From positions 9,544-73,543 of the forward strand of contig CAJWVJ010000001.1 of NCBI GenBank assembly GCA_913048595.1: 64,000 nt of DNA, in the 5' to 3' direction. A program made the translations under genes and the position numbers. This document shows, one piece after another, positions 30,190-39,313 of this stretch. Within the stretch, counting starts at the first letter, position 1. Every line of letters starts with the position of its first letter. The notes beneath the pieces are model-generated. The model made no database searches. It saw nothing but the letters and a program-made list of their open reading frames with translations, and was not told where the DNA came from. The stretch is from an uncultured Alphaproteobacteria bacterium (GTDB lineage Bacteria; Pseudomonadota; Alphaproteobacteria; Puniceispirillales; Puniceispirillaceae).

Positions 30190-32045
30190 GAGGCTGCCTT
30201 TCCGTCGGTGTCGGTGGAATCAAGATGCCTGGCATAGCCGCGCGGGGTATAGACTGCGCTGCCACGGCCAAGGTCGATGCGGCGTGAAGAACTGGCCCCG
30301 ACCATCACCGTCGTCAGCATGTCGACCTCGTCGATATCGAGGCTTGCCAGCGTGCGATGCCTGATCGTCTCGTCCGGGCGGCCGAGATTGGCCGCCAGGA
30401 TCACCGGCACATCACCCCGATATCCGACAAGGATGTCACGCGCCGCGGCAAGCTGCGTGCGCCGCCGCATCGAGACCGGATTATAGAAGGCGACCACGAA
30501 ATCGCCGGCTCCGGCGGCGTGGATGCGCTTCTCAATGGCTTCCCACGGCGTCAGCAGGTCGGACAGAGAGATGGCGCAGAAATCATGGCCGAGGATGGCG
30601 CCGGACCGGGCCGCCGCCGCCTGCAGGGCCGAAATGCCCGGGGCGCTGACCACCTCGACGCGGCGGGCGGCATCGCTGACACCGCCATCCTCCTGCGAGC
30701 GGTCCAGAAGTTCATAGACAAGCGCGCCCATGGCATAGATGCCGGCATCGCCGGAGCAGATCACCGCGACATCCTTGCCGGTCGCGGCGGCTTCCAGCGC
30801 ATAGCGGCAGCGTGCCTCCTCCTCGCCAAGCTTGAAGTCACGGCGCGGGATATGCGCGGCGACCGCGCCAAGAAGGTCGATATAGAGGTCGTAGCCAACA
30901 AGCTCGTCCGCCCCCAGAATCAGACGCGACGCCTCTGGCGTGCGCCATTCCGCCTGTCCCGGCCCGATGCCGACCAGTATCACCCGGCCCGGCTTTCGCC
31001 CGCCAAGAGCCGCCTTGGCGACGGGGTGCGGCGCCAGTGCCAGCGCCATGGTGGCATTTGCCGATTTCGCCTTTGGATGAAACAGCGTCCCGTCAGGCCC
31101 GGCCGCGGCAAGGGCCGCCGCCTCGGCGACTCCGGGGATGCCGATCTCCTCTTCGACAACCTTCGACGGGTTGGCAAGGCGCGGGGCCTCGGCGGCCAGC
31201 GTCTCTCTGTCGAAAATCCGCAGCGGCACCGCCAGCATCGCGGCAAGCGCCTGAAGCGCGGGCTCATCCGCCTTCAGATCAACGCTGAAGACACCGGCGA
31301 CGGACGCGGCGTTGATATCGGCGCTGGCAAGCTCCTGCATCACCAGCTCGATCACCTCGTCGGCGCCGCAGCCGCGCGCACAGCCAACACCAAGCATCAC
31401 ATCCTGCGGGCAGTAGACAAGCTCGCTTTCGGACGGGGTGTGCTGGCGGCGGGTTACGGTCAGCGACACGGCATTGCCGCGCGGCACATTCTCGAACCAG
31501 TCATTCAGACCATCCAGACAGTCACCATCAATGAAGGCCCCGTCGCCGGCCAGCAGTTGCGGCATGACGCGCTGCGCCGCCGCCTTGTTGGCAAGCCGCC
31601 ATCCGGAAGGCGGCTCGTCCAGCGGAATACCCCAGCGGTCATCCCCGGCGGTGGTGATGGCAAGGGTGGCACCGACAGCGTCTGCTACCTGCCGCGCCAG
31701 GGTGATCGCCCCGTGATGGCCGCCGACAAGCGGCACAGCGACCCCGCCGCCCTCGGCAACGGCGATGACAGGCGCATCCGTGCTCTTGTGGCGCAGATGC
31801 GGGGCGACCGCCCGGATCAGGATGCCGGCGGCGCAGATTCCTATCACCGGCCGGCCGCTGCAGAACAGGTCGGCGATATGCGGCTTGGCCCGGCCGAAAT
31901 GATGCGGCGCGTCAGGACAGCGAACGGCATGACCGTGGATATCGGCGTCAATCGCCTCGGCAAGCCGCCCGGCAAGCGCCAGCCCGGCGCTCGACAGGCA
32001 CAGAATGACCGGCTTGGCAGGCGTGTCCGCCTTCAGCTGATCCAT
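30186..32045 (-). CDS. cobJ: CbiG-CobJ fusion (CbiG domains plus precorrin-3B C17-methyltransferase)
   Basis: N-terminal CbiG (AAGILIR, GGHHGA, ITTAGD, GVGC, GVAEAAA). C-terminal CobJ (VGIGPG, SGDAGIYAM, HDFCAISLSDLLTPW, YTPRGY). Confidence 0.94.
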   Translation of the reverse strand: MDQLKADTPAKPVILCLSSAGLALAGRLAEAIDADIHGHAVRCPDAPHHFGRAKPHIADLFCSGRPVIGICAAGILIRAVAPHLRHKSTDAPVIAVAEGGGVAVPLVGGHHGAITLARQVADAVGATLAITTAGDDRWGIPLDEPPSGWRLANKAAAQRVMPQLLAGDGAFIDGDCLDGLNDWFENVPRGNAVSLTVTRRQHTPSESELVYCPQDVMLGVGCARGCGADEVIELVMQELASADINAASVAGVFSVDLKADEPALQALAAMLAVPLRIFDRETLAAEAPRLANPSKVVEEEIGIPGVAEAAALAAAGPDGTLFHPKAKSANATMALALAPHPVAKAALGGRKPGRVILVGIGPGQAEWRTPEASRLILGADELVGYDLYIDLLGAVAAHIPRRDFKLGEEEARCRYALEAAATGKDVAVICSGDAGIYAMGALVYELLDRSQEDGGVSDAARRVEVVSAPGISALQAAAARSGAILGHDFCAISLSDLLTPWEAIEKRIHAAGAGDFVVAFYNPVSMRRRTQLAAARDILVGYRGDVPVILAANLGRPDETIRHRTLASLDIDEVDMLTTVMVGASSSRRIDLGRGSAVYTPRGYARHLDSTDTDGKAAS

Positions 32046-32740
32046 GGATCATCTCCCTTATAGACAAGGATCATCGAAAAATAGGGGGCGTCGTCAGGCG
32101 CCTCGTCCAATGTCAGCGCGCGCTGGCGCGGCAGCGAGGCATGCGAGGTATAGCGGGCCTTGCCCGCCAGACCCAGCCCGCCAAGAAGCGCGCGAAGCCG
32201 CGGCATGTGGCGGCCGATCTTCATGATGGCCACAGCGTCGGCACGGGTGATCGCCTCGCCGAGCGCGGCGTCATCAAGGGTGGCCGGCAGCACCGTCAGA
32301 ACATCGCTTCGCGCCACCAGCGGATGCGCCTGGGCTGCGGCACAGGCGGACAGGCTGTTGACCCCCGGCACGATCACCACCGGATAGGCGTCGCGAAGCC
32401 GCACCAGAAGATACATGAAGGACCCGTAGAACAGCGGATCGCCCTCGCACAGCAGCACCACATCCCGCCCGGCGTCGAGATGCGCGCCAATCTCGGCCGC
32501 CCCCCTGTCATAGATCGACTGCGCCGGCGCGCGGCCGGCGCGCATCGGCACGATCATCGGAATTTCCGTGGCATCGGGTCTGATCGCCTCGGCGACAATG
32601 GCGCGTGCGAAGCTCTCGCCGGAATCAGGGGCCGGATAGGCGATCACCTCTGCCGCCTCGACAAGCGCCCAGGCCCGCCGCGTGACCAGCTGCGGATCAC
32701 CAGGTCCGGTGCCAACGCCATAAAGGGTTCCGGCCGCCAT
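32033..32740 (-). CDS. cobI: Precorrin-2 C20-methyltransferase
   Basis: LYGVGTGPGDP, CEGDPLFYGSF, PYFSM. Confidence 0.95.
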   Translation of the reverse strand: MAAGTLYGVGTGPGDPQLVTRRAWALVEAAEVIAYPAPDSGESFARAIVAEAIRPDATEIPMIVPMRAGRAPAQSIYDRGAAEIGAHLDAGRDVVLLCEGDPLFYGSFMYLLVRLRDAYPVVIVPGVNSLSACAAAQAHPLVARSDVLTVLPATLDDAALGEAITRADAVAIMKIGRHMPRLRALLGGLGLAGKARYTSHASLPRQRALTLDEAPDDAPYFSMILVYKGDDPWIS

Positions 32741-32743
32741 GAT

Positions 32744-33934
32744 CTATCCCGGCCCCTGCCAGCACCATTGGGTGACAGGCATCAGCGGACGCCAACCGTG
32801 AAAGCCGCCAACCGGATCGGCATGCTGAACGGACAGGCGGACCAGATCACCGCCGCTTCGCTGCCAGGCGGCGATCAGAACGCTTTCGCTTTCGATGGTG
32901 ACCGCATGCGCGACCAGCCACCCGCCAGGCCGCACCGCCGCCTGCGCGGCCGTGATGACCGCTTCCGACATCCCGCCGCCAATGAACACCGCGTCTGGAC
33001 GTGGCAGGCCGGCAAGGGCATCGGCCACATCGCCCTCGACCGGCACAAGCCCGGTCACGCCATGCGTGCCGGCATTGGCAACGGCCCGGTCAAGCTGCGC
33101 CCGGCTGCGATCAATGGCATAGGCCGTGCCACGCGGCGCGTTGCGAAGGAAATCCACCGAAACGGCGCCAGACCCGCTGCCAATGTCCCAGAGCACCGCC
33201 CCCGGAAAAGGTGCCAGCTTGGCAAGGGCGCTTGCCCGCGCATCCCGCTTCGTCAGCTTGCCGTCATTGTCAAAACCGGAATCAGGGGCCGCCAGCCCGT
33301 GCGCCACCGGCCCGGCATCGGGACATTCGACCCCGATAATATGAAAATCGGGCACCCTGTCATGCGACCAGTCATGCGCCGTGCCATCGATCCGTGATTC
33401 CCCGGCCCCGCCAAGATGCGCCAGCACGTGAAGCCGGGCCCGGCCATAGCCGCGCGCGGCAAGAAGCTGTGCGACCTGCTGCGGGCTGCCGCCATCCTGC
33501 GCGATCACCAGAAGGCGGGCCCGCGGGTGAAGCGCCGCGCCAAGGCTGCCGACCGGCCTGCCATGGATGCTGACGACGCGGCATGCCGCCATCGGCCAGC
33601 CAAGACGAGCCGCGGCAAGCTGCAGCCCGGAGACCGCCGGAACCACCTCGCAGGCATCCGGGCCGAGCCTGCGAACAAGGCTCGCCCCGGCACCGAACCA
33701 CATCGGGTCCCCTGTTGCCAGAAGTGCAAGTGATTTCTTAGAATTTGTTTTCAATATATTGTAAATATGTGAAAATGGTGACGGCCAAACCTGAACTTCC
33801 GGTCCGTCGGGAAGGTCGCCGTGAAAGCGGGGGGCGGCAATGATCATATCCATGCCGGCGAGCCGCGCGCGGATCTCGGGTGACAGACTAGCCGCCCCGC
33901 CCTCGCCCACACCGATGACAAGCGGGCGGGCCAT
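32744..33934 (-). CDS. cobL: Precorrin-6B C5,15-methyltransferase/decarboxylase (CbiET)
   Basis: IGVGEGG, ATGDPMWFGAG, LTKRDAR, WDIGSGSG, PDAVFIGGG. Start trimmed to MARPLVIG. Confidence 0.94.
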   Translation of the reverse strand: MARPLVIGVGEGGAASLSPEIRARLAGMDMIIAAPRFHGDLPDGPEVQVWPSPFSHIYNILKTNSKKSLALLATGDPMWFGAGASLVRRLGPDACEVVPAVSGLQLAAARLGWPMAACRVVSIHGRPVGSLGAALHPRARLLVIAQDGGSPQQVAQLLAARGYGRARLHVLAHLGGAGESRIDGTAHDWSHDRVPDFHIIGVECPDAGPVAHGLAAPDSGFDNDGKLTKRDARASALAKLAPFPGAVLWDIGSGSGAVSVDFLRNAPRGTAYAIDRSRAQLDRAVANAGTHGVTGLVPVEGDVADALAGLPRPDAVFIGGGMSEAVITAAQAAVRPGGWLVAHAVTIESESVLIAAWQRSGGDLVRLSVQHADPVGGFHGWRPLMPVTQWCWQGPG

Positions 33935-34569
33935 CACGCCTCTTCCCCGCCGGCCAGAAGGGCCAGCGCGTTGACAACCGATGACGCCATGGCAGACCCG
34001 CCGCGCGTGCCGTGAACGGCAAGGAACGGTACCGTGGCCGCACTGGCAAGGTCCTGCTTGCTTTCCGCCGCACCGACAAAGCCGACCGGGCAGCCGATGA
34101 TGGCGGCCGGGCGCGGCCCGCCTTCCGCGATGATCTCGAGGCAGCGGAACAGGGTTGTCGGGGCGTTGCCGATCACCACGATCGCGCCCTCCAGCCGGTC
34201 GCGCCATAATTCCACCGCGGCCGCCGAGCGGGTTGTGCCGCGTTCCCTCGCCAGCCGGGGCGTCGCCGGGTCGTTCAGCGTGACGATGACGTCGTTCGCC
34301 GCGGGAAGAAACCGGCGGGTGATCCCGCTTGCCACCATTTCACAATCGCAGAACACCGGCGCGCCGCCGCGCATCGCATCAGTGGCCGCGCCGACGAAAC
34401 TGTCGGATGCCTCAAGGTCGCTGACAATATCCGGCATGCCGCAGGCATGTATCAGGCGCATGGCGACGCTGGCAAGCCCGTCGTCAAGACCGGACAGGTC
34501 TGCCGCCTCGCGAACGATGGCGAAGGATCTGGCGTAGATTTCCGCCGGGTCTGTCAGATACCCCCCCAC
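33934..34569 (-). CDS. cobH: Precorrin-8X methylmutase
   Basis: IYARSF, RLIHACG, TRSAAA, IGNAPT, PVGFVGAAESK, RGGSA. Confidence 0.96.
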   Translation of the reverse strand: MGGYLTDPAEIYARSFAIVREAADLSGLDDGLASVAMRLIHACGMPDIVSDLEASDSFVGAATDAMRGGAPVFCDCEMVASGITRRFLPAANDVIVTLNDPATPRLARERGTTRSAAAVELWRDRLEGAIVVIGNAPTTLFRCLEIIAEGGPRPAAIIGCPVGFVGAAESKQDLASAATVPFLAVHGTRGGSAMASSVVNALALLAGGEEA

Positions 34570-34578
34570 GGCAGACCG

Positions 34579-35706
34579 TCATCCGTCCGCCTTGTCGGCG
34601 GATTTCGCGGGTTTGCGGTGGCGAACCGATTCCGGGCCCAGCGGATGGTCCGCATGCGGATAGGGATGGTGGTGATGGTCGTGCCCGTGGTCATGATGGT
34701 GGTCATGGTCGTGACCATGGTGGTGGTGGTGATGTCCCTGGTCGAGACGGCAGGCTCCAGTGCAGAAATGGTCGCACAGATCGCAATCCTCGACATTGCT
34801 TCCGGGGGCGGATACACCCTGCCCCTCGACATGATGGTGGTGGCTCTGCTGCGCCTGCCCCACCTCATCCTCGAAGCCAAGGACCTGCGCGCGGTATTTG
34901 CACATGGCGCAGTTCATGTTGTTGCTGCCTTCCAGAATTTCACGAACGCGGTCGGCGAAGGTGGCGATCACCTTGGGATGGTCGCTCAGATAGCCGGCCT
35001 TGACGAATTCGATATCCGGATGGGCCGCCGCCACCTCGTCGGTGAAACCGTAGATGCGGTCGATGAGGATGCCGCTGAACAGGAAATAGGGGAAGACTAC
35101 GATCCGCTTGAACCCAAGCCTCGTCACATGCTCAAGACAGGGCTGGACAAGCGGGAAGGTCACGCCGGAATAGCCGACCTCGGCCCAGCCGAACCCCATG
35201 CCTTCCCACAGCATGCGGGAAATCTTCGAAATGTTCGAATTCGCGTCCGGGTCGGAGGCGCCGCGCCCGATCACCACGAGGCATGTCTCGGCGCGGTCGA
35301 CCGGCCCGCCGGCGGCGTCGGCGGCGTCGATGGCGGCGGCGATGCGCTCGCCGGCGGCCTGCAGCATCTGCAGGTCAACGGCCAGCTCGCGGCCATACTG
35401 GATGGTGATGCCATGTTCGGCAGCATAGGTGTTCAGGACCGACGGAATGTCATTCTTGGCGTGGCCGGCGGCAAACAGCATGCCAGGCACCGCCAGGACA
35501 TGGTTCACCCCCTGCTCGCGAAGCTTGTCGAGGCCGGTATTGATCACTGGCGTGGCGAATTCCAGATAGCCGTATTCGACCGGCCAGTCAGGGAACATCG
35601 GCGCCAGCTTTTCAGCCAGAACGGCGAATTCGGTCACGGCGGATTTCGAGCGCGAGCCATGCCCGCAGATCATCACGCCATATTTCGGTGCGGCTGCCTC
35701 ATGCAT
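34579..35706 (-). CDS. cbiX: Long CbiX-type sirohydrochlorin chelatase with Cys motifs and His-rich tail
   Basis: GHGSR, YLEFATP, AGHAKNDIP, GRGASDPDAN, MNCAMCKYR, CDLCDHFCTGAC, poly-His tail ending HPYPHADHPLGP. Confidence 0.92.
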   Translation of the reverse strand: MHEAAAPKYGVMICGHGSRSKSAVTEFAVLAEKLAPMFPDWPVEYGYLEFATPVINTGLDKLREQGVNHVLAVPGMLFAAGHAKNDIPSVLNTYAAEHGITIQYGRELAVDLQMLQAAGERIAAAIDAADAAGGPVDRAETCLVVIGRGASDPDANSNISKISRMLWEGMGFGWAEVGYSGVTFPLVQPCLEHVTRLGFKRIVVFPYFLFSGILIDRIYGFTDEVAAAHPDIEFVKAGYLSDHPKVIATFADRVREILEGSNNMNCAMCKYRAQVLGFEDEVGQAQQSHHHHVEGQGVSAPGSNVEDCDLCDHFCTGACRLDQGHHHHHHGHDHDHHHDHGHDHHHHPYPHADHPLGPESVRHRKPAKSADKADG

Positions 35707-35974
35707 GGGCCTTGTCTCCTGTCGCCTCTGTATCTTCGGCTTCGCTGTCCTCGGCGGTGGATGCGGCATCATCCCGCGGCCTGACCACTGCCAGCCCGGC
35801 CGCGACAACGGCTGCCGCGCCCGCAAGCCCGGCCGCTACCAGATGGCCATGGCCGGCAAGCTCGCCAAGATGCCCCCAATGCGCCATGACGGTCGCCGGG
35901 TTCAGCATCGCGATGGTCATGACGGTGGCCGCGACCATCGATGTCTGTGTTGCGGGCAAAGGGTGGGGCATCAT
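35699..35974 (-). CDS. Small membrane protein with AHWGH/GHGH motif (DUF6732-like)
   Basis: Signal-like segment ending MA-HWGHLGELAGHGH, then a TM helix and acidic tail. SD AAGGA at 35982-35986 (tandem ATGs 35971-35977). Stop overlaps the cbiX start. Confidence 0.7.
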   Translation of the reverse strand: MMPHPLPATQTSMVAATVMTIAMLNPATVMAHWGHLGELAGHGHLVAAGLAGAAAVVAAGLAVVRPRDDAASTAEDSEAEDTEATGDKAHA

Positions 35975-35982
35975 CATTAGTT

Positions 35983-36160
35983 CCTTGCGGCGTCGCGCGG
36001 CGGTTGCATTTCGGGCGGCAAGGGCAGATGAAAACAGTCCTATGGCGGATGCGCCTGCAACCCGCTCATGTCCCTGGTCCGAGGCCCGGGTTTGGTGCCC
36101 TGCCTGGGTCCACCGCACCGGGGTCGTTTTCATCTTGTCGCCAAGTCCACCGACCTTACC
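35983..36160 (-). promoter_or_regulatory. Candidate structured leader RNA of the cbiX operon (unassigned family)
   Basis: Perfect 10-bp closing helix (36026-36035 with 36126-36135) enclosing three hairpins, plus alternative pairings that include an anti-SD helix. Folded by eye only. Confidence 0.5.
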
Positions 36161-36225
36161 TAGATTGTAGCCGAAACTCCCGAATGGAATTGCACGCAAG
36201 CGACCAAAGTTGAATTATACCGACG

Positions 36226-37203
36226 ATGACTGACTGGCCCCCGATCCTCGGCCTTGCCTTTGCCGCCCTTGCCACGCGCGCCACCATCCTGCTGGCCGCG
36301 CTGGCCATCGACTGGCTTGTCGGCGAGCCTGATCTGCTGTGGCGCCGGGTTCCACACCCGGTGGTGCTGTTCGGGCGCGCCATCTCCTTTATGGACAGGC
36401 ATTTGAACAAACGACGTGGCGTCACCGGCAAGTCCCGGCAGGCGCGAGGGGCGCTGGCGATTCTGGCCCTTGTCTGCCTTGCGGCGACAGGGGGATGGGT
36501 CCTGTCCTTTGGCGGACCGGTTGTCAGCTGCCTTGTGCTGGCGGTCCTGCTGGCCGCGCGGTCGCTTGACGAGCATATACGGGCGGTTGCGGCGGCCATG
36601 GAAGACGGCCTCGCGCCGGCCCGCCGCGCTGTCGGGATGATTGTCGGACGCGACACCAGCGGCCTGAAGAAGGCCGACATCGCCCGCGCCGCCATCGAGA
36701 CAGGGGCGGAGAACCTGTCGGACGGGGTGATCGCACCGGCGATCTGGTTCCTTGTCGCCGGGCTTCCCGGGCTTTTGGTCTACAAGATGGTGAACACCGC
36801 CGACAGCATGATCGGCTATCGCAATGCCCGCTACCGGGCCTTTGGCAGCGCGGCGGCGCGGCTTGATGATGGTCTGAATCTGATCCCGGCGCGGGTAACG
36901 GCATTGCTGATCTGCGCGGCGGCGGCGCTTCACGGGCGCGGTCCGGCGGCCTTTCGCGTCATGAAGGCGGACGCAAGGCACCATGCCTCGCCAAATGCCG
37001 GATGGCCGGAGGCGGCGATGGCCGGCGCGATCAATGTCTGGCTTGCCGGTCCGCGCCGGTACGGCAACCGGGTGCGCCAGGCGCGGCGGTTCAACGAGAC
37101 CGGCCGCATCGCCGACGCCGCCGCCATTCTGGCCTCGCTTCGCATGCTGATCATGGCACAGCTGGTCTTTGCGCTTCTGGTGCTTCTATTCGTGCTGATC
37201 TAG
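36226..37203 (+). CDS. cobD: Adenosylcobinamide-phosphate synthase (CobD/CbiB)
   Basis: [45 protein letters not shown]. Confidence 0.96.
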   Translation: MTDWPPILGLAFAALATRATILLAALAIDWLVGEPDLLWRRVPHPVVLFGRAISFMDRHLNKRRGVTGKSRQARGALAILALVCLAATGGWVLSFGGPVVSCLVLAVLLAARSLDEHIRAVAAAMEDGLAPARRAVGMIVGRDTSGLKKADIARAAIETGAENLSDGVIAPAIWFLVAGLPGLLVYKMVNTADSMIGYRNARYRAFGSAAARLDDGLNLIPARVTALLICAAAALHGRGPAAFRVMKADARHHASPNAGWPEAAMAGAINVWLAGPRRYGNRVRQARRFNETGRIADAAAILASLRMLIMAQLVFALLVLLFVLI

Positions 37204-38681
37204 AGACCGGCGATCCGGGCAAAGCTGTCCAGATCGAGATTGGCCGCCATATGCGCGGCCAGCTTATCCAGCGTTTCATCCACCCGCGAGTCGAAATCCA
37301 CCTCGCCAAACGCGCCGCTTCGCCCGCGCCGCGCCGCCAGCCAATCCAGAAAAGCGCGCCGGAACCCGTCATCCGCGAAAATCCCGTGAAGATAGGTGCC
37401 GATGACCCGGCCATCGGCGGACATCGCCCCTTCCGGCCTGCCATCCAGCGTCAGGAACGGCGTGGCGCAATCCGGCCCGGCGGTGCGCCCCATATGGATT
37501 TCATACCCGCTGACCGGCCTGTCGAACCCGTTGGCATGAGCGGTGACGCGGGTCAGCCGCTTGTCACCTGCCAGCATCGTCTCGACCCTCAGATGGCCAA
37601 GCCCGTCCGTAGCACCAGCCGGCCCCTCGACTCCCTGCGGGTCGTCAAGCCTTGTCCCCAGCATCTGATACCCACCACACAGCCCCATCACCACGCCGCC
37701 GCGCCGCAGATGCGCGGCAAGGTCGATGTCCCAGCCCTGCGCGCGGAAAAAGGCCAGATCGGATATGGTGGATTTCGAGCCCGGAAGCAGCACCATGTCG
37801 GCATCCGGCGGGATCACGTCGCCGGCCTCGACCAGAACGACATCCACATCAGGCTCGCCGGCAAGCGGATCAAGATCGTCGAAATTGGCGATGCGGCGCA
37901 GCACCGGCACGGCGATCCTCACCGGCGCGCCGTCTCGCGCCTCGCCGGCCTTGCCCTTGATATCGAGAATATCCTCGGCGGGAAGGAAGCGCGCCGGCGG
38001 GAACCAGGGAAGGATGCCGATCCCCTGCCATCCAGTGGCGCGCCGGATAATCTCCATGCCCTCGGCGAACAATGTGGTATCGCCGCGGAACTTGTTGATC
38101 AGGAATCCCTTGATCAGCGCGCGGTCGGCGGCCTCGAGGACGGCGTCGGTGCCGACGAGGCTGGCGATGACGCCGCCGCGGTCGATGTCACCCACGATCA
38201 CCACCGGCACATCCGCGGCGACGGCAAAGCCCATATTGGCAATGTCGCCGGCGCGAAGATTGACCTCGGCCGGGCTTCCCGCACCCTCGACGATGACCAG
38301 ATCGGCATCGCGCCCGATGATCTCGAAACTGTCCAGAACACGGGGCAACAGCTCGGCCTTGTGGGTGCCGTATTCGCGGGCCCGCATGCTGCCGAACCGC
38401 TGGCCCTGGACGATGATCTGCGATCCCGTCTCGCTTTCCGGCTTCAGCAGGACCGGATTCATATGGACCGATGTCGGGGCGCGGCAGCCGCGTGCCTGCA
38501 TCGCCTGCGCGCGGCCTATCTCGCCGCCATCCTCGGTCACGGCGGCGTTGTTTGACATGTTCTGCGGCTTGAACGGGCGTACCCGCAGCCCGGCATCGGC
38601 GAAATGCCGGCAGAGACCGGCGACAAGCACCGACTTGCCGACATTCGAGCCGGCCCCCTGCAGCATGATGGTGGCCGGCAT
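37200..38681 (-). CDS. cobQ: Cobyric acid synthase
   Basis: [46 protein letters not shown]. Confidence 0.97.
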   Translation of the reverse strand: MPATIMLQGAGSNVGKSVLVAGLCRHFADAGLRVRPFKPQNMSNNAAVTEDGGEIGRAQAMQARGCRAPTSVHMNPVLLKPESETGSQIIVQGQRFGSMRAREYGTHKAELLPRVLDSFEIIGRDADLVIVEGAGSPAEVNLRAGDIANMGFAVAADVPVVIVGDIDRGGVIASLVGTDAVLEAADRALIKGFLINKFRGDTTLFAEGMEIIRRATGWQGIGILPWFPPARFLPAEDILDIKGKAGEARDGAPVRIAVPVLRRIANFDDLDPLAGEPDVDVVLVEAGDVIPPDADMVLLPGSKSTISDLAFFRAQGWDIDLAAHLRRGGVVMGLCGGYQMLGTRLDDPQGVEGPAGATDGLGHLRVETMLAGDKRLTRVTAHANGFDRPVSGYEIHMGRTAGPDCATPFLTLDGRPEGAMSADGRVIGTYLHGIFADDGFRRAFLDWLAARRGRSGAFGEVDFDSRVDETLDKLAAHMAANLDLDSFARIAGL

Positions 38682-39313
38682 CAGAATTCGACGCCGATCT
38701 GCGCCTTGATTCCCGACCGGAAGGGATGTTTGACAAGCGTCATCTCGGTTGCCAGATCGGCGATCTCGATCAGCTCCTCGGCGGCATTGCGGCCGGTCAT
38801 CACCACATGCGTCATCTCGGGTTTTTCCGTTTCCAGAAACGCGATCACCTCGGCAAGCGGGATGTAGCCATAGCGAAGCGCGATGTTGATCTCGTCGAGA
38901 AGCACCATGTGGTTGCGATCGTCGCGGATCAGTTCCTTGGCCTTTTCCCAGGCGGCGGTGGCGGCGGCGATATCGCGCTCGCGGTCCTGTGTCTCCCAGG
39001 TGAACCCCTCGCCCATGGTGTGGAATTCACAAAGCGAGCCGAAATGGCCGCTGATCAAATTACGCTCGCCTGTGTCCATGCCACCCTTGATGAACTGCAC
39101 CACGGCGCATTTCAGCCCGTGCGCGATGCAACGGAAGATCATCCCGAATGCCGCCGATGATTTGCCCTTGCCCTTGCCGGTATGGACGATCAACAGGCCC
39201 TTTTCACTGGTCTTTGTCGCCATGATCTTGTCGCGCGCCTGCTTCTTGCGCGCCATCTTGGCGTTGTGGCGTTCGGTATCAGAAGGGGGTGTCTCATCTG
39301 CTGGGCTGGTCAT
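38681..39313 (-). CDS. cobO: Cob(I)yrinic acid a,c-diamide adenosyltransferase
   Basis: [37 protein letters not shown]. Confidence 0.97.
   Translation of the reverse strand: MTSPADETPPSDTERHNAKMARKKQARDKIMATKTSEKGLLIVHTGKGKGKSSAAFGMIFRCIAHGLKCAVVQFIKGGMDTGERNLISGHFGSLCEFHTMGEGFTWETQDRERDIAAATAAWEKAKELIRDDRNHMVLLDEINIALRYGYIPLAEVIAFLETEKPEMTHVVMTGRNAAEELIEIADLATEMTLVKHPFRSGIKAQIGVEF

Noticed and set aside
35983-36160. Second cobalamin riboswitch
   Set aside because: No GGGAA, GCCACUG or B12-box motifs. Kept as an unassigned structured RNA candidate.
30357-38555. Long plus-strand ORFs (30357..32063, 32141..33397, 34447..35784, 37002..38555) and similar ORFs elsewhere
   Set aside because: They are antisense to well-supported genes, have no recognisable motifs, and are expected in high-GC DNA.
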